From positions 45,136,001 through 45,200,000 of the forward strand of contig NC_042997.1 of NCBI RefSeq assembly GCF_006345805.1: a stretch of 64,000 bases of DNA, written 5' to 3'. The notes under the pieces are model-generated. The model saw only the letters and a list, made by a program, of their open reading frames with translations. It had not been told where the DNA came from and did not search any database. Below, one piece after another: positions 52,882 through 64,000 of this stretch (position 1 is its first letter; the number at the start of each line of letters is the position of its first letter). The translations under genes were made by a program, and so were the position numbers. This stretch comes from Octopus sinensis (Eukaryota).

Positions 52882-53731
52882 CCATAAATCCTCGAGTATA
52901 ATCTGCATTTCCCCCAAAATTTAAAGGTCAAAATCCCTAGTACGTACTATATACGAGGTTAAAAATGAAAAATATTTTCTAAGCAATGTCCGAGTCTCTA
53001 TTTGCTTTCCGACAATGTTTATTCAGGCGCATTTTGTGATGTCGGGCGCGAAAATACCTTAAGCTAAGCCCGAAAGCAATGAAGTCATAAAAGAATCATC
53101 CATAACTTGCAATAAGCAACATTTATTAAACGTTATTACTGTTATTTTCTGCAAACCAAATGCACAAAAAATCTACACGTTTGCATTATGTTATATATAC
53201 AATAATAATAAAGGACGTTACCGTATACATTTTTACAAACCATGGACGGTGACACGTAAAAGCACCATCCGTTCGTGGCCGGTTGCCAGCTCTGTCTGGC
53301 CCCGTGTCGGTGGCACGTAAAAGCACCATCCGTTCGTGTCCGTTGCCAGCATCACCTGGCCCCGTGCCGGTGACACGTAAAAGCACCATCCGTTCGTGGC
53401 CGTTCACCAGCTCTGTCTGGCACCTGTGCAGGTGGCACGTAAAAAACACCCACTACACTCTCGGAGTGGTTGGCGTTAGGAAGGGCATCCAGCCGTAGAA
53501 ACACTGCCAGATCTGACTGGGCCTGACGAAGCCTTCCAGCTTCACAGACCCCAGTTGACCCGTCCAACCCATGCTAGCATGGAAAGCGGATGCTAAACAA
53601 TGATGATGATGATGATGATGGACGTTATATAGACCTCCTTGACTCAAGTTAGAGAAGGGGTGCGTATTATACACAAGGTTTAGGTGCAGCCCCCTAAAAA
53701 TTCCTTGCATATTATACTCAAAGATTTATGG
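52882..53731. mobile_element. pogo/Tigger-like MITE interrupted by an RTE 3' UTR insertion
   Basis: TA|CCATAAATCCTCGAGTATAATCTGCA ... TGCATATTATACTCAAAGATTTATGG|TA. Confidence 0.75.
53246..53620 (+). mobile_element. RTE 3' UTR fragment with ~59-bp tandem units, (GAT)n tail and TSD atggacg
   Basis: Three units of aaaagcaccatccgttcgtggccg...; atggacg on both sides. Confidence 0.85.
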
Positions 53732-53907
53732 TACTTAAATAAAAGCATTCTTGGAAGAATTAGAGTTGGAAAAAGCTATGGTACCCCCCCCCCCAAAAAA
53801 AAAACCCCCAAAAAACCCAAAAAAACAAACAAAAACAAAAAGAGATGACATTGAAGAAAAATAAAAATGTAATATGGCAACAACAATTAACAAAGATAAT
53901 TTCTTAC

Positions 53908-54198
53908 TTGTAATGAAAATAGTGAAAGATTCACTGGAAACTGGTTCATCTAGTGTGTTGTTGGCTCTGACATGGAAGGTCCTGCCATCATCATGAGGAG
54001 ACAAATTCAATAAGACTAATGAATGGTTTACAGTAAAGTCATAACGTTTACTTCCAGCTTTTAAGCTTTTTGTCCCATTGAACCACGTTATTTCAGGAAA
54101 AGGCACACTTTCTATAGGAGGTACAGGTAAAATAATGGGGTCTCCAACATTAGCACTGATTGTTTGAGGTATTGAGGTCATATCAAAAGAGCTGATAT
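53908..54198 (-). CDS. sdk: Sidekick-like protein, exon encoding Ig2 (cysteine-less Ig)
   Basis: ttgtag acceptor and GTAAGA donor; 291 nt, phase 1/1. PVPPIESVPFPEITWFNG...HSLVLL...FHVRANN resembles the recalled Sidekick Ig2 motif (PPIESxPxPxVxW), including the absence of the canonical Cys pair. Confidence 0.9.
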
Positions 54199-54264
54199 CT
54201 ACAAGCAAAGATACAAGAAAAGATATAAATCAATAAGTAAATAGATAATAATAATAATAATGCA

Positions 54265-54698
54265 TTATTTACATTTGACGGATATTTGTCCTCATCTTGT
54301 TTGTTGCTAACACAATGTTTCGGCTGATATACCCTCCAGCCTTCATCAGGCGTTTTGGGGAAATATTGAACTGGGATTCTCATTCCTAAGGTATTTTTTC
54401 AATGTCATTATTATTATTATTATCATTATTATTATTAAGGTCACTGCTTGGAATCGAACTCGGTTATATGGTGTAGTGGTTAAGAGCATGGGCTACTAAC
54501 CCCAAAATTCCAAGTTCGATTCCAGGCAGTGATCTGAATAATAATAATAATAATAATAACATTGAAAAAATACTTTAGGAATGAGAACCCAGGTGCGAAA
54601 TTTCTCCAAGACACCTGATGAAGGCTAGAGGGTATATCAGCCAAAATGTTGTGTTAACAACAAACAAGATGAGGACAATATCCGTCAAATGTAAATAA
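54265..54698. mobile_element. Head-to-head inverted pair of a tRNA-headed SINE with a Penelope-like, hammerhead-bearing tail
   Basis: Plus copy 54462-54698 (A box tggtgtagtgg, B box gttcgattcc, (AAT)n, tail); minus copy 54265-54463 truncated at the B box. CUGAUGA-AGGCUG..CAGCC-GAAAC motifs at 54309-54354 (-) and 54610-54655 (+, decayed to AAAAT). Confidence 0.75.
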
Positions 54699-54734
54699 CG
54701 TATATGATGTACATAATTGCTCATCTCTTAAATA

Positions 54735-55370
54735 TAGAACTGTATTAATAATAATGATTTCAAATTTTGGCACAAGGCCAACATGTTTGGGGGAGGGGGC
54801 AAGTTGATTATATTGAGTCCAGTGTTCGGCTGGTACACTTTTTATTGATTCTGAATGGATGAAAAGTAAAGTTGACCTTGGTAGAATTTGAAGTCGGAAT
54901 GTAGTGGCAGACAAAATGCCTATTATTTCTTTACTACTCACAAGGGGCTAAACACAGAGAGGACAAACAAGGACAGACAAATGGATTAAGTTGATTATAT
55001 TGACTCCAATGTGTAACTGGTACTTATTTAATCAACCCCGAAAGGATGAAAGGCAAAGTCGACCTCAGTGGAATTTGAACTCAGAACGTAGTGGCAGACA
55101 AAATACCATTAAGCATTTCACCTGGTGTGCTAACAATTCTGCCAGCTCGTCACCTTAATATGAATAACAATTCTTTCTACTATAGGCACAAGGCCTGGAT
55201 TTTGTGGGAAGGAGGACAGTCAATCACATTGACTCCAGTACTCCACTGGTACTTAATTTATTGAACCTGAAAGGATGAAAGGCAGAATTTGAACACAGAA
55301 TGTTGCGACAGACGAAATACTGCTAAGCATTTTGTCTGGCATACTAATGATTCTACCAGTTCGCTGCCTA
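54735..55370 (-). mobile_element. Three consecutive SINE family B copies
   Basis: Core ggatgaaa(a/g)g.aaagt.gacct...gaatttgaa repeated at about 54735, 54926 and 55165. Confidence 0.8.
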
Positions 55371-55397
55371 AATAATAATAATAATGATAATAATAAT

Positions 55398-55946
55398 GAT
55401 GCAGTACCAGGCAGTGGCTCCCGTGGCTTCTGATCTTAACTGATTGGAAGTGTTATCATGTACATTGTTTTGTCTTGGTATAAAAGATGGGCTACAGCAA
55501 ATATTCTGCTCAATACCACAGGTGTGCTTGTCAGTTGTTTGACCTTAACCAGTTGAGCATGTCCCTTAGTGACTGATGATATAAGCATCTCTGATCATGG
55601 GCAGAAGTAGTGGGGGAGCATAATAGCCATGTGTTGAGAGGGATTCTTTGGGGTTTGAATAACTCACCTCTGGAAATATGGGTGTTTCATTCAACATCCT
55701 TAAACAACCCTTATTCAGGGACCTTTTGAGCAAGATGTGTTACTCGACCAGAAGAAAATTCTAACTGGGCCCCACCTGCAAGGTCATGCACCGTTTATCT
55801 TGATATGAAATCACCATGTCACGCACATATGGTTGTGATGCATGTGCCTAGTGTACCCTTATCAGATGGGTAGTCATGATGGGTATACTGGGCTTCGTAT
55901 ATTTTACCCCAGTGTCACGTTGATGGCATGCACTGCTCTCTCACTC
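55398..55946 (+). mobile_element. (TAA)n-bounded non-coding element, copy 2 (longest)
   Basis: Collinear with 21976-22455, with about 70 bp of extra 5' sequence. Confidence 0.75.
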
Positions 55947-55954
55947 AGTAATAA

Positions 55955-56170
55955 TAATCTTGTCTACTAAAGGCACAAGGCCTGACATTTTGGGGGAAGG
56001 GACTAGTCAAGTACACTGACCCCAGTGTTTCACTGGTACTTAATTTATCAACCCCGAAAGGATGAAAGGCAAAGTTGACCTCAGCAGAATTTGAACTCAG
56101 AATGTTAAGACAGGCAAACTACTGCTAAGCATTTTGCCCAGAATACTAATGTTTCTGCCAGTTTGTTGCC
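55955..56170 (-). mobile_element. SINE family B
   Basis: Same core and ggcacaaggcc tail. Confidence 0.75.
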
Positions 56171-56384
56171 TTTGAGGGGAACTAGAGTAAAGTGAAATGA
56201 AGTGTTTTGCTTAAAAACACAATGTACCACCCAGTCAGGGAATTGAGTTCATACTCTAACAATCGTGAGTGCAACAGCCTAACCACTAGGCCATGCACTT
56301 TCACAATAATAGTAATAATAATATTGTAGCCTAATGTAAGGAAATTTTCTTTTCCAACAGTCTAATCTGTTCTTTGTATGTGAA

Positions 56385-56454
56385 ATGATAATAATAATGA
56401 CTATTATCATTATTATTATTATTATCATTATTATTATTATCATTATTATTATTA

Positions 56455-56497
<43 letters not shown>

Positions 56498-56508
56498 CAT
56501 TATTATTA

Positions 56509-56542
<34 letters not shown>

Positions 56543-56557
56543 CATTATTATTATTCT
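56385..56557 (+). repeat. (ATT)n/(ATC) microsatellite
   Basis: Directly visible; source of the poly-Ile ORFs. Confidence 0.97.
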
Positions 56558-57815
56558 AGTTGATAAAATGAGAAAAAGGAAAGCATTCAAGTGTTCAGTC
56601 CTTCTCTACAAACAGCTTTTTGTGCTATTGAAGGAATTTATAACTTTGCAGAATTGTTTTGGCATTTTGTTTCCACCAAGGCAGGTTTATCGTTGATTAA
56701 CTCAATATTATATTTTAAATTGATTCCAAAGAATGAAGATTTGATTCAAACAGGATTTAAACTTGAAAAATCACAAGGCATAAAAAAGTAAAGTCAAGCT
56801 CAAATAAAATTAAAGAAATTTCAAGTGATAACAACTACAAATTTGAGTTAAAAACTTCAATGGAAAGGGTGAAAATGTCTGTAAACTGAATTATTGCAAT
56901 TGTAGCTTTCATGAGATATTAGTGTCATCCAAGTTCTTTCATTAAAAGTTATAAACAGCTGTAAGGATTCCTTAAATAATGATAATGGTGAGGCCAAAGC
57001 AAGAATAACTTAATTTATATAGATTTTTTTATGGAACTATTATAATTACTTGGTCAAGTTTCTGGTAATTTGTAAAAGTCTAACATAGTTTTATTGACTC
57101 AAAATGTTAAGAATATCAAATGTTGAACAATGTGTTTAATGTTTGGTATTTGGAACTATAGAATTACAATAAATATAAATTTTTTTCTGAAGAATGAGAT
57201 TCTTCTTTTTTCTTTTGTAAAACTTTTTGATATCAGTAAGCAAAGAAAAAAGAGTAAGAAATATTAAAATCTGAAAAAATTTGCTTTAAAGTTTTATATA
57301 TATCTGTATTTATTTATTTATGTTTTCTACAAGTAACTTTCAGAATGTATTCTGTTGCTGAAGATTATATAATTTTTGTAGGCCGTGGCTTATCCAATTG
57401 ATAAGCTTGTCAAGAAAAAGTTCATGGACAAAAAGATAATGGGTTTAAACATACCAACAAGATTTATTACTATAATAGCAGAAACTATAGAAAAAAATAT
57501 AATAGTTGCTGTTCTATTTTTTGTAAGATACAACTTTATTTAGATAATTCCAGCTAAGAAATCTTTTAATACACTTTCTTTTACAAGTTACAATGCAAAT
57601 AAAACACACAAAAATACTCAAGCAATTTTGTAAATGTTTATGAGAAGAAATATAGTTGAATTGATTCAACCTGAATGTGTCCCCAATACTTATTTGATCA
57701 GTTCTTAAGGGATGAAAGCCAAAGTTAATCTGTGTGGAATTTGAAACTAAAACAAGGAAACTATAACAGCAGTGCTCTAATATCACAATCATGTGCAAAA
57801 CTATTTAATTATTAA

Positions 57816-58444
57816 CCCATTAGCATTTAAACTGCCATATATTTAAACTGGCCCAAATATTTATCTATTTTATGTTCAACCCAACCAGATCAGACCTCTC
57901 ACACCTACCCTGCAATGTCATTCTAAAAATGCAACAGGAGTGGCTGTGTGGTAAGTAGCTTGCTAACCAACCACATGGTTCTGGGTTCAATCCCACTGCG
58001 TGGCATCTTGGGCAAGTGTCTTCTGCTATAGCCCCGGGCCGATCAATGCCTTGTGAGTGGATTTGGTAGACGGAAACTGAAAGAAGCCTGTCGTATATAT
58101 GTATATATGTATGTGTGTGTGTGTTTGTGTGTCTGTGTTTGTCCCCCTAGCATTGCTTGACAACCGATGCTGGTGTGTGTTTACGTCCCCGTCACTTAGC
58201 GGTTCGGCAAAAGAGACCGATAGAATAAGTACTGGGCTTACAAAAGAATAAGTCCCGGGGTCGATTTGCTCGACTAAAGGCGGTGCTCCAGCATGGCCGC
58301 AGTCAAATGACTGAAACAAGTGAAAGAGTGAAAGAGTGAATCACATTGTTGAACTCGCAAAGCTACAAGATAATGCAAGATGAATTCAAAACAGCGTGAA
58401 TAAATAAGCTTTACATTCGACAGAAAAATTTGAATGCTAAAGAG
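57816..58444. mobile_element. piggyBac-type MITE interrupted by SINE A (57934-58338, + strand)
   Basis: TTAA|CCCATTAG start; homology to 25941-26160 resumes after the SINE and ends ctaaagag. Confidence 0.75.
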
Positions 58445-59789
58445 TTAGAGAATAGTAGAGATACAACAGAGTACTAGAAGGGGAAACAAAACTGAAAAAG
58501 CCATTGATTAATATTGCTTTTACCTTGGCAGATAATTATTTCAAGTTAACGTTTTGATGCTGCCTGCTTTAAATATGGTGATATTAACTTGACTGGTTTT
58601 TTTTCATGCAGATGGTACCCCCAGAATACTCTGTAAGCCTTTCAAGACTGAGATAAGGTTTATGCAACTGATGTTCTATTAAAAGTGTTGCAGGTGAACA
58701 ACCCCAAACAAGATATGAACTGGGAAAAAATTCCAAATGGCCAATGTTTTAGGGAGAAAGAACTGGGTATAATGACTAGTGTGGAGATGAAGGAATTGGA
58801 TGCACCAAAAATGCTAAGAAGGAATATGAGTGAATGAGGTGTGAGACCTGCCAACTCTAAGGAACAGAAGCCAGTATAGTAGCAAAAGAGAGAAGAGACA
58901 GCACACAAGTGGACCAGAGACTCGAGTATGTCCTTTTATGATTGAATTCCAATTAGTCGAATGGCTCTTCCCTAATTGTAGTTTAGGATATCTGTGTGTG
59001 TAGAAGCAGCACCATTCCAGAAGCAGGGGCAATGTTCCACTGTGAGCATTTTGATCAATGTAAAATGTAAAAGACAACAGGAACTAAAATATTTTTCTGG
59101 TTCTGAAGCAAAGGGATTGTCACAAATATGTGGTCCTAGCTAAGCCAAAAATGTGCTTCCAGCAGGAAGGATCCTCAGTGATAGTAAGGCCCAACATTTA
59201 GAGTGATTACGAGGGCTCTAACTGAGTGCTGTTCATGTTTAGTCGTAGAGTGATAGTATTTTCTTGATATGAGAAGAGCATGAGAGTTTTTTTTTGTTTT
59301 TGGTGCTAAAAAATCACAATCGGTATGGCTTCACTGAAAGATTTTTTCAAGGTCTCTCTTTATGGAATCAGTGCAGGTTTGGTATGTGGTGGATAGGCTG
59401 CATGTGGATGATGCGTGGTTGGGGGAAATTAGGGAGGAATGAAGAGCCATTTCATCAATGTAAGAGTGGGTACAGGTATATGTAGTACAAGTAGGTCATT
59501 GATGGATAGATGGTAGAGAGTGGTGGACAAAACTAAAAGGACAACCACAGTTGATTGAGTGTCGGGCAGAAAGAGCTCTATCAACATGCTGTAATGGTAT
59601 GATCAGATAGGAAACTATGAATCTAAGGGATGAGGGGTAAGAGGAGCCCATTGGCAGAAAATGTTGAGAGAGAATACACATGTTAGACATGGTTGAAAGC
59701 TCTGCTGATGTCAAGGACGAAAAACATTGCCTTCACCAATCTTCCCTACAGTGAGATCCCACAGGTGAGTGACATAAAAATATAAGTCA

Positions 59790-60050
59790 CTGGTGGCACA
59801 TAAAAAGCACCATCCGTCCGTGGCCGTTTGCCAGCTCCGTCTGGCACCTGTGCGGGTGGCACATAAAAAGCACCCACTACACTCACGGAGTGGTTGGCGT
59901 TAGGAAGGGCATCCAGCTGTAGAAACACTGCCAGATCAGACTGGGCCTGATGCAGCCTTCTGGCTTCACAGACTCCAGTTGAACCGTCCAACCCATGCTA
60001 GCATGGAAAGCGGACGCTAAATGATGATGATGATGATGATGATGATGATG
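59790..60050 (+). mobile_element. RTE 3' UTR fragment with (GAT)n tail
   Basis: One to two tandem units plus the terminal motif. Confidence 0.85.
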
Positions 60051-60084
60051 TTGAATTGGCTCTGCAGAAGTCATCCCGGTCATC

Positions 60085-60330
60085 ACTCAGGACAGAGATT
60101 CAAGGCGATGGAAAAGGTGATTGTTGATAGCTGTCTCCATTTCCTAAGAAATGTTGGTAGTGAGAGCAAGTGAACATTAATTAGCTGGGCCAAAAAGGGT
60201 TGGTTTTTGTTTGTAATGGGACACACTGAAGCTTGCTTCCAAGTGCCAGGGTATATGCCTGCAGAGAGTAAGAGATTGAAAAGTTTAGTGAGTAGGGGAG
60301 CATGTTCTGGGGGGCAACACTTGAGTCTAA
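60085..60330 (-). mobile_element. CR1/L2-like LINE RT N-terminal fragment
   Basis: SIRLKCCPPEHAPLLTKLFNLLLSAGIYPGTWKQASVCPI resembles the ELAPxLxxLFNxSL..G..PxxWKxAxVxPI motif. Confidence 0.7.
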
Positions 60331-60794
60331 TGGAAGAAACATTCTCCAAACAGCTTTATTTACCTACGACAATAAGTAGACAGCTTAGTATTCTTTTATT
60401 TGTTTCAGCCATTCGACTGTGGCCATGCTGGAGCACCACCTTGAAGGATCTACCAGATCCACTCACAATACTTTGGTTGACCTTAGGCTATCATAGAAAA
60501 CACTTGCTCAAGGTGCCAACCAGTGGAACTGAACCTGGAACCATGCGGTTGGGAAGTAAGCTTCTTACCACACAGCTACACCTGTACCTATCTTTATTTC
60601 GTAATGTTTTTTTCATAACTTTGACAGATATAGGTGAATATACACTCATATATTCAGACAAGTGTTTCTGACTTGTTTGTAATAGTTGTAATGTTTTGGT
60701 CATTGATTCCCACTATTTTCTTCATGGGTCTCTTGCATTTGTGAAAATTCCCAAAATTTGGGGCCAAATTAATTCTTTTTTAAATCCAGGGATA

Positions 60795-61228
60795 CTCTTA
60801 CTCTTTTACTCTTTTTCTTGTTTCAGTCATTTGACTGCGGCCATGCTGGAGCACCGCCTTTAATCGAGCAACTCGACCTCGGGACTTATTCTTCGTAAGC
60901 CCAGTACTTATTCTATCGGTCTCTTTTTGCCGAACTGCTAAGTGACGGGGACATAAACACACCAGCATCGGTTGTCAAGCAATGCTAGGGGGACAAACAC
61001 AGACACACAAACATACACGCACATATATTTATATATACATATATTTTATATATACATATATACGACGGGCTTCTTTCAGTTTCCGTCTACCAAATCCGCT
61101 CACAAGGCTTTGGTCGGCCCGAGGCTATAGTAGAAGACACTTGCCCAAGGTGCCATGCAGTGGGACTGAACCCGGAACCATGTGGTTGGTAAACAAGCTA
61201 CTTACCACACAGCCACTCCTGCACCTAT
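60795..61228 (-). mobile_element. SINE family A, full length (a partial copy also lies at 60398-60585)
   Basis: Near-consensus copy. Confidence 0.9.
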
Positions 61229-61669
61229 AGTCTCATTTCAGTTTTTTTTTTTTTTCTACATACGATGTCAGGATAATGGGAGATAGTGACTATAAGCATT
61301 GGCGTGCATTCATTCTAAACCTATATTCTCTGATTGAAATGAAAGAAGCAAGCATCAACAGAAGTAAAAGAATATTCTTGTACTGAGAACGGAGAAAGGG
61401 TTTGGATTGAAATTCAAAGAGACAATGCAACTGACCAGTGAGCCAGTAATAGTGTATTGGTAATTTGTGAAAGTCTTGCTTAGTCAAATGGACATATATT
61501 TCTCATGTTACATATAGAAATATGTGCTGTGATACATTTTAGTCTGTATCTGACAGTCTAACTAGCAGCCATTAAGACGGTAGTTTTTTTTTTCTTTACA
61601 CACACATGCAATGACACACAGAACAATATTATACACATACATCAATAAAACTAGTTTTAAAAAACTTAC

Positions 61670-61933
61670 ATGAAACTTCGACATGAACTTTGTTGCTGAT
61701 GATAGACCCTTGGGAGTTTTTGGCTATACAACGGTACTCCCCAGCATCAGAATGCTTAAGCTCCAGTTCAATATAGCTATTAGTGGTATCATTAAATACT
61801 TGGCCATTTTTCAACCAAGAATATGTTGGTGTTGGCAGTCCAAAAGCTCGACAACTAAGTATCTGGCGTTCTCCAACTTTTTTCACACTACCAGCTTTCA
61901 ATTCTTCTGTGAATGCTGGAGGACTGGGTTTAT
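61670..61933 (-). CDS. sdk: Sidekick-like Ig-superfamily adhesion protein, exon encoding Ig1 (first exon in window; upstream exons outside)
   Basis: ttccag acceptor and GTAAGT donor; 264 nt, phase 1/1. Encodes DKPSPPAFTEEL...ILSCRAFGLPTPTYSWLKNG...DAGEYRCIAKNSQGSIISNKVHVEVS (I-set Ig with C, W, YxC). Splices in frame to the next exon (T+AT = Tyr, giving VEVS-Y-ISSF, like Sdk VQVAYMGSF). Confidence 0.9.
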
Positions 61934-62415
61934 CTGGAAGCAAAAAAAACATACAATTTTAAAAATTTATTAGAATGTTCAAAGTGTCAAATTCTTATCA
62001 ATCATGTCCAATTCTTTTCACATCCAGTTTTTCTTTGTATTCTGGCAATAAAAAAAATGCAGTAATAAAAACAGTACTTTTATTTATTTATTTTTTTACC
62101 TCATAAATCTGTAATCAAGGAAAGGACAGCAGGTAATTAATCAACATTCTTGATAAGAATGTGGTACAAATGAATTAAAATAATTAATAGTTAATAATAT
62201 GTGTTGGTGGTGAAACTGTTTTACCTCCATTTCATCATGTTTGCAAGTGTGAGGATGGAGGGAGGGTTGGCTTTTGTCAAAGTAAATATTTTCACAGCTG
62301 AATGCTCTTTCCACTACAGACCATTCAACCATAAACTAAAAATGGAACCTGTTTATGTCAATCAGTCTAACAAAAAAAGAAAAACAATATCTATATATAT
62401 ATATATATTATATAT

Positions 62416-62460
<45 letters not shown>

Positions 62461-62875
62461 AAAGAAATCTAAAATTGAAGGAGACTAGTGATGGTCTGCA
62501 TTAGTAAAATGAGGTTAATTCATAAGATTTGCAAGATAAAAGGCAGCCCAAAACAGAAACAGTTCCCATTACACAAATTTACTGAAAACTGAATAATGAA
62601 CACCACTCAGAGGTAAAAACCCAATGACTATAATAACAGTAGTAAAGCTGGCATTCCTGACCATGTGGTCCATAAGGTAGTACTAATTTGGGTGAGACAC
62701 TTTCTATGAAATACATTTTATATATGATACTGGAAAATTTGGACAAATGTATATACTAACATATAATGTGAATGATTTCAGGATTCCTGATATTGATACC
62801 ATGTAAATCTATTATTTATACTAATATGATGATTTTGAGGACAATAATGATGATGACATGGGATTATAAGTATCA

Positions 62876-63290
62876 TCATTCATCATCATCATCGTTTAGC
62901 GTCCGCTTTCCATGCTAGCATGGGTTGGACGGTTCAACTGGGGTCTGGGAAGCCAGAAGGCTGCACCAGGCCCAGTTTGATCTGGCAATTTTTCTATGGA
63001 TGGATGCTCTTCCTAACGCCAACCACTCCATGAGTGTAGTGGGTGCTTTTTACGTGCCACTGGCATGGAGACCAGATGAAGCTGGCAACGGCCATGATCG
63101 GATGGTGCTTTTTATGTGCCACTGGCACGGGGGCCAGGCGAGGCTGGCAACGGCAACGAACGGATGGTGCTTTTTACGTGCCACTGGCACGAGGCCAGTC
63201 GGGGCGGCACTGGCACGAGGCCAGTCGGGGTGGCACTGGCAACGGCCTAGAAAGGATGGTGTTTTTTACGTGCCACCGGCACTGGTAACT
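62876..63290 (-). mobile_element. RTE 3' UTR fragment with ~58-bp tandem units and (GAT)n tail
   Basis: Reverse complement of the 37078 and 53246 type elements; includes a short 26-bp sub-duplication. Confidence 0.85.
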
Positions 63291-64000
63291 CAGCTGCAAT
63301 GATCTAGTTATTTAAAAGAACCCAGGTTTCACTAGAATGATGTCAGAGAAAGCAAATGGTGGAAAGGCACAACATGCAGAAACAGATTAGTCTATGGATA
63401 TGGAATTTGGTTGTCTGTTCATTTCATGTAATGTCTATTTTGCCAAGGTAGCAGGGTTTAGATGGGAGGAGAAAACTGAAGCAGGATTATTTTCTTGGAT
63501 GAAAGCTCTTCCTGTTACTCAGCCTTGTATGGTTTTCACATAAAGGAATATTTTAAGTAATGAGGTAAGAGGAATTATTAAATACTAGGTGTAGAAATAA
63601 TATAACTATTTGAGTCACATTCTTACATTGATACAATTGAGAGAAAGAAGAGAAGAAGAAGAAAAAAGAAACAAAATACTATTATGATGATTTCCTTTTT
63701 CATATTAAAAACAGCTGAACTGATAGCTGAATTGCTTATGAAGTGAAATACAAATGTTGGTCAACCACTACAGTGAGAGGTTTTCATTTACACAATAATG
63801 GTGGAGAGTATTTACAGATATTGGTCTAGAAACAGCATGAGATCACATGTATATAACTTGCTCACCTCTCTGAAATGTACACACACATATGAAGTCTGAC
63901 TGATAGTAGAAAATGATGGAACTTTCCTATAACACACTCAAAATGAAATAATACATCACTGGAAACAACTAGATTGAAAGTTTTGCACAGAAAGACTAAT

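Noticed and set aside
53246-53460. CRISPR-like appearance of conserved motifs separated by variable segments
   Set aside because: The apparent spacers are homologous to each other, the units belong to a retroelement 3' UTR, the context is a eukaryotic intron, and no cas genes are present.

Overview
AT-rich, repeat-dense eukaryotic genomic window. The SINE/LINE repertoire looks like a cephalopod (octopus-type) genome; this is an inference. The only host gene seen is on the minus strand: five GT-AG exons (61670-61933, 53908-54198, 49148-49253, 44239-44438, 6939-7080; 1003 nt, about 334 aa). Splice phases are compatible and the exons encode Ig1, Ig2, Ig3 and half of Ig4 of a Sidekick-like cell-adhesion protein. 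The gene starts and ends outside the window, and the last full intron is about 37 kb. The introns hold several tRNA-headed SINE families, RTE, CR1/L2 and R4/Dong LINE fragments, two Ty3/gypsy relics, Tc1/mariner, pogo-like and piggyBac-like MITEs, two non-autonomous Helitrons and many microsatellites. The most notable observations are: type I hammerhead-ribozyme motifs in Penelope-like inverted repeats, one set on a tRNA-headed SINE next to an exon; a three-level nest (mariner in gypsy in RTE) where pol is replaced by a 580-bp foldback; a perfect 268-bp spacer-less palindrome; and (TAA)n-associated retroelements. Family assignments come from recalled protein and terminal motifs, not database searches. 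Repeat boundaries are approximate unless termini are quoted.
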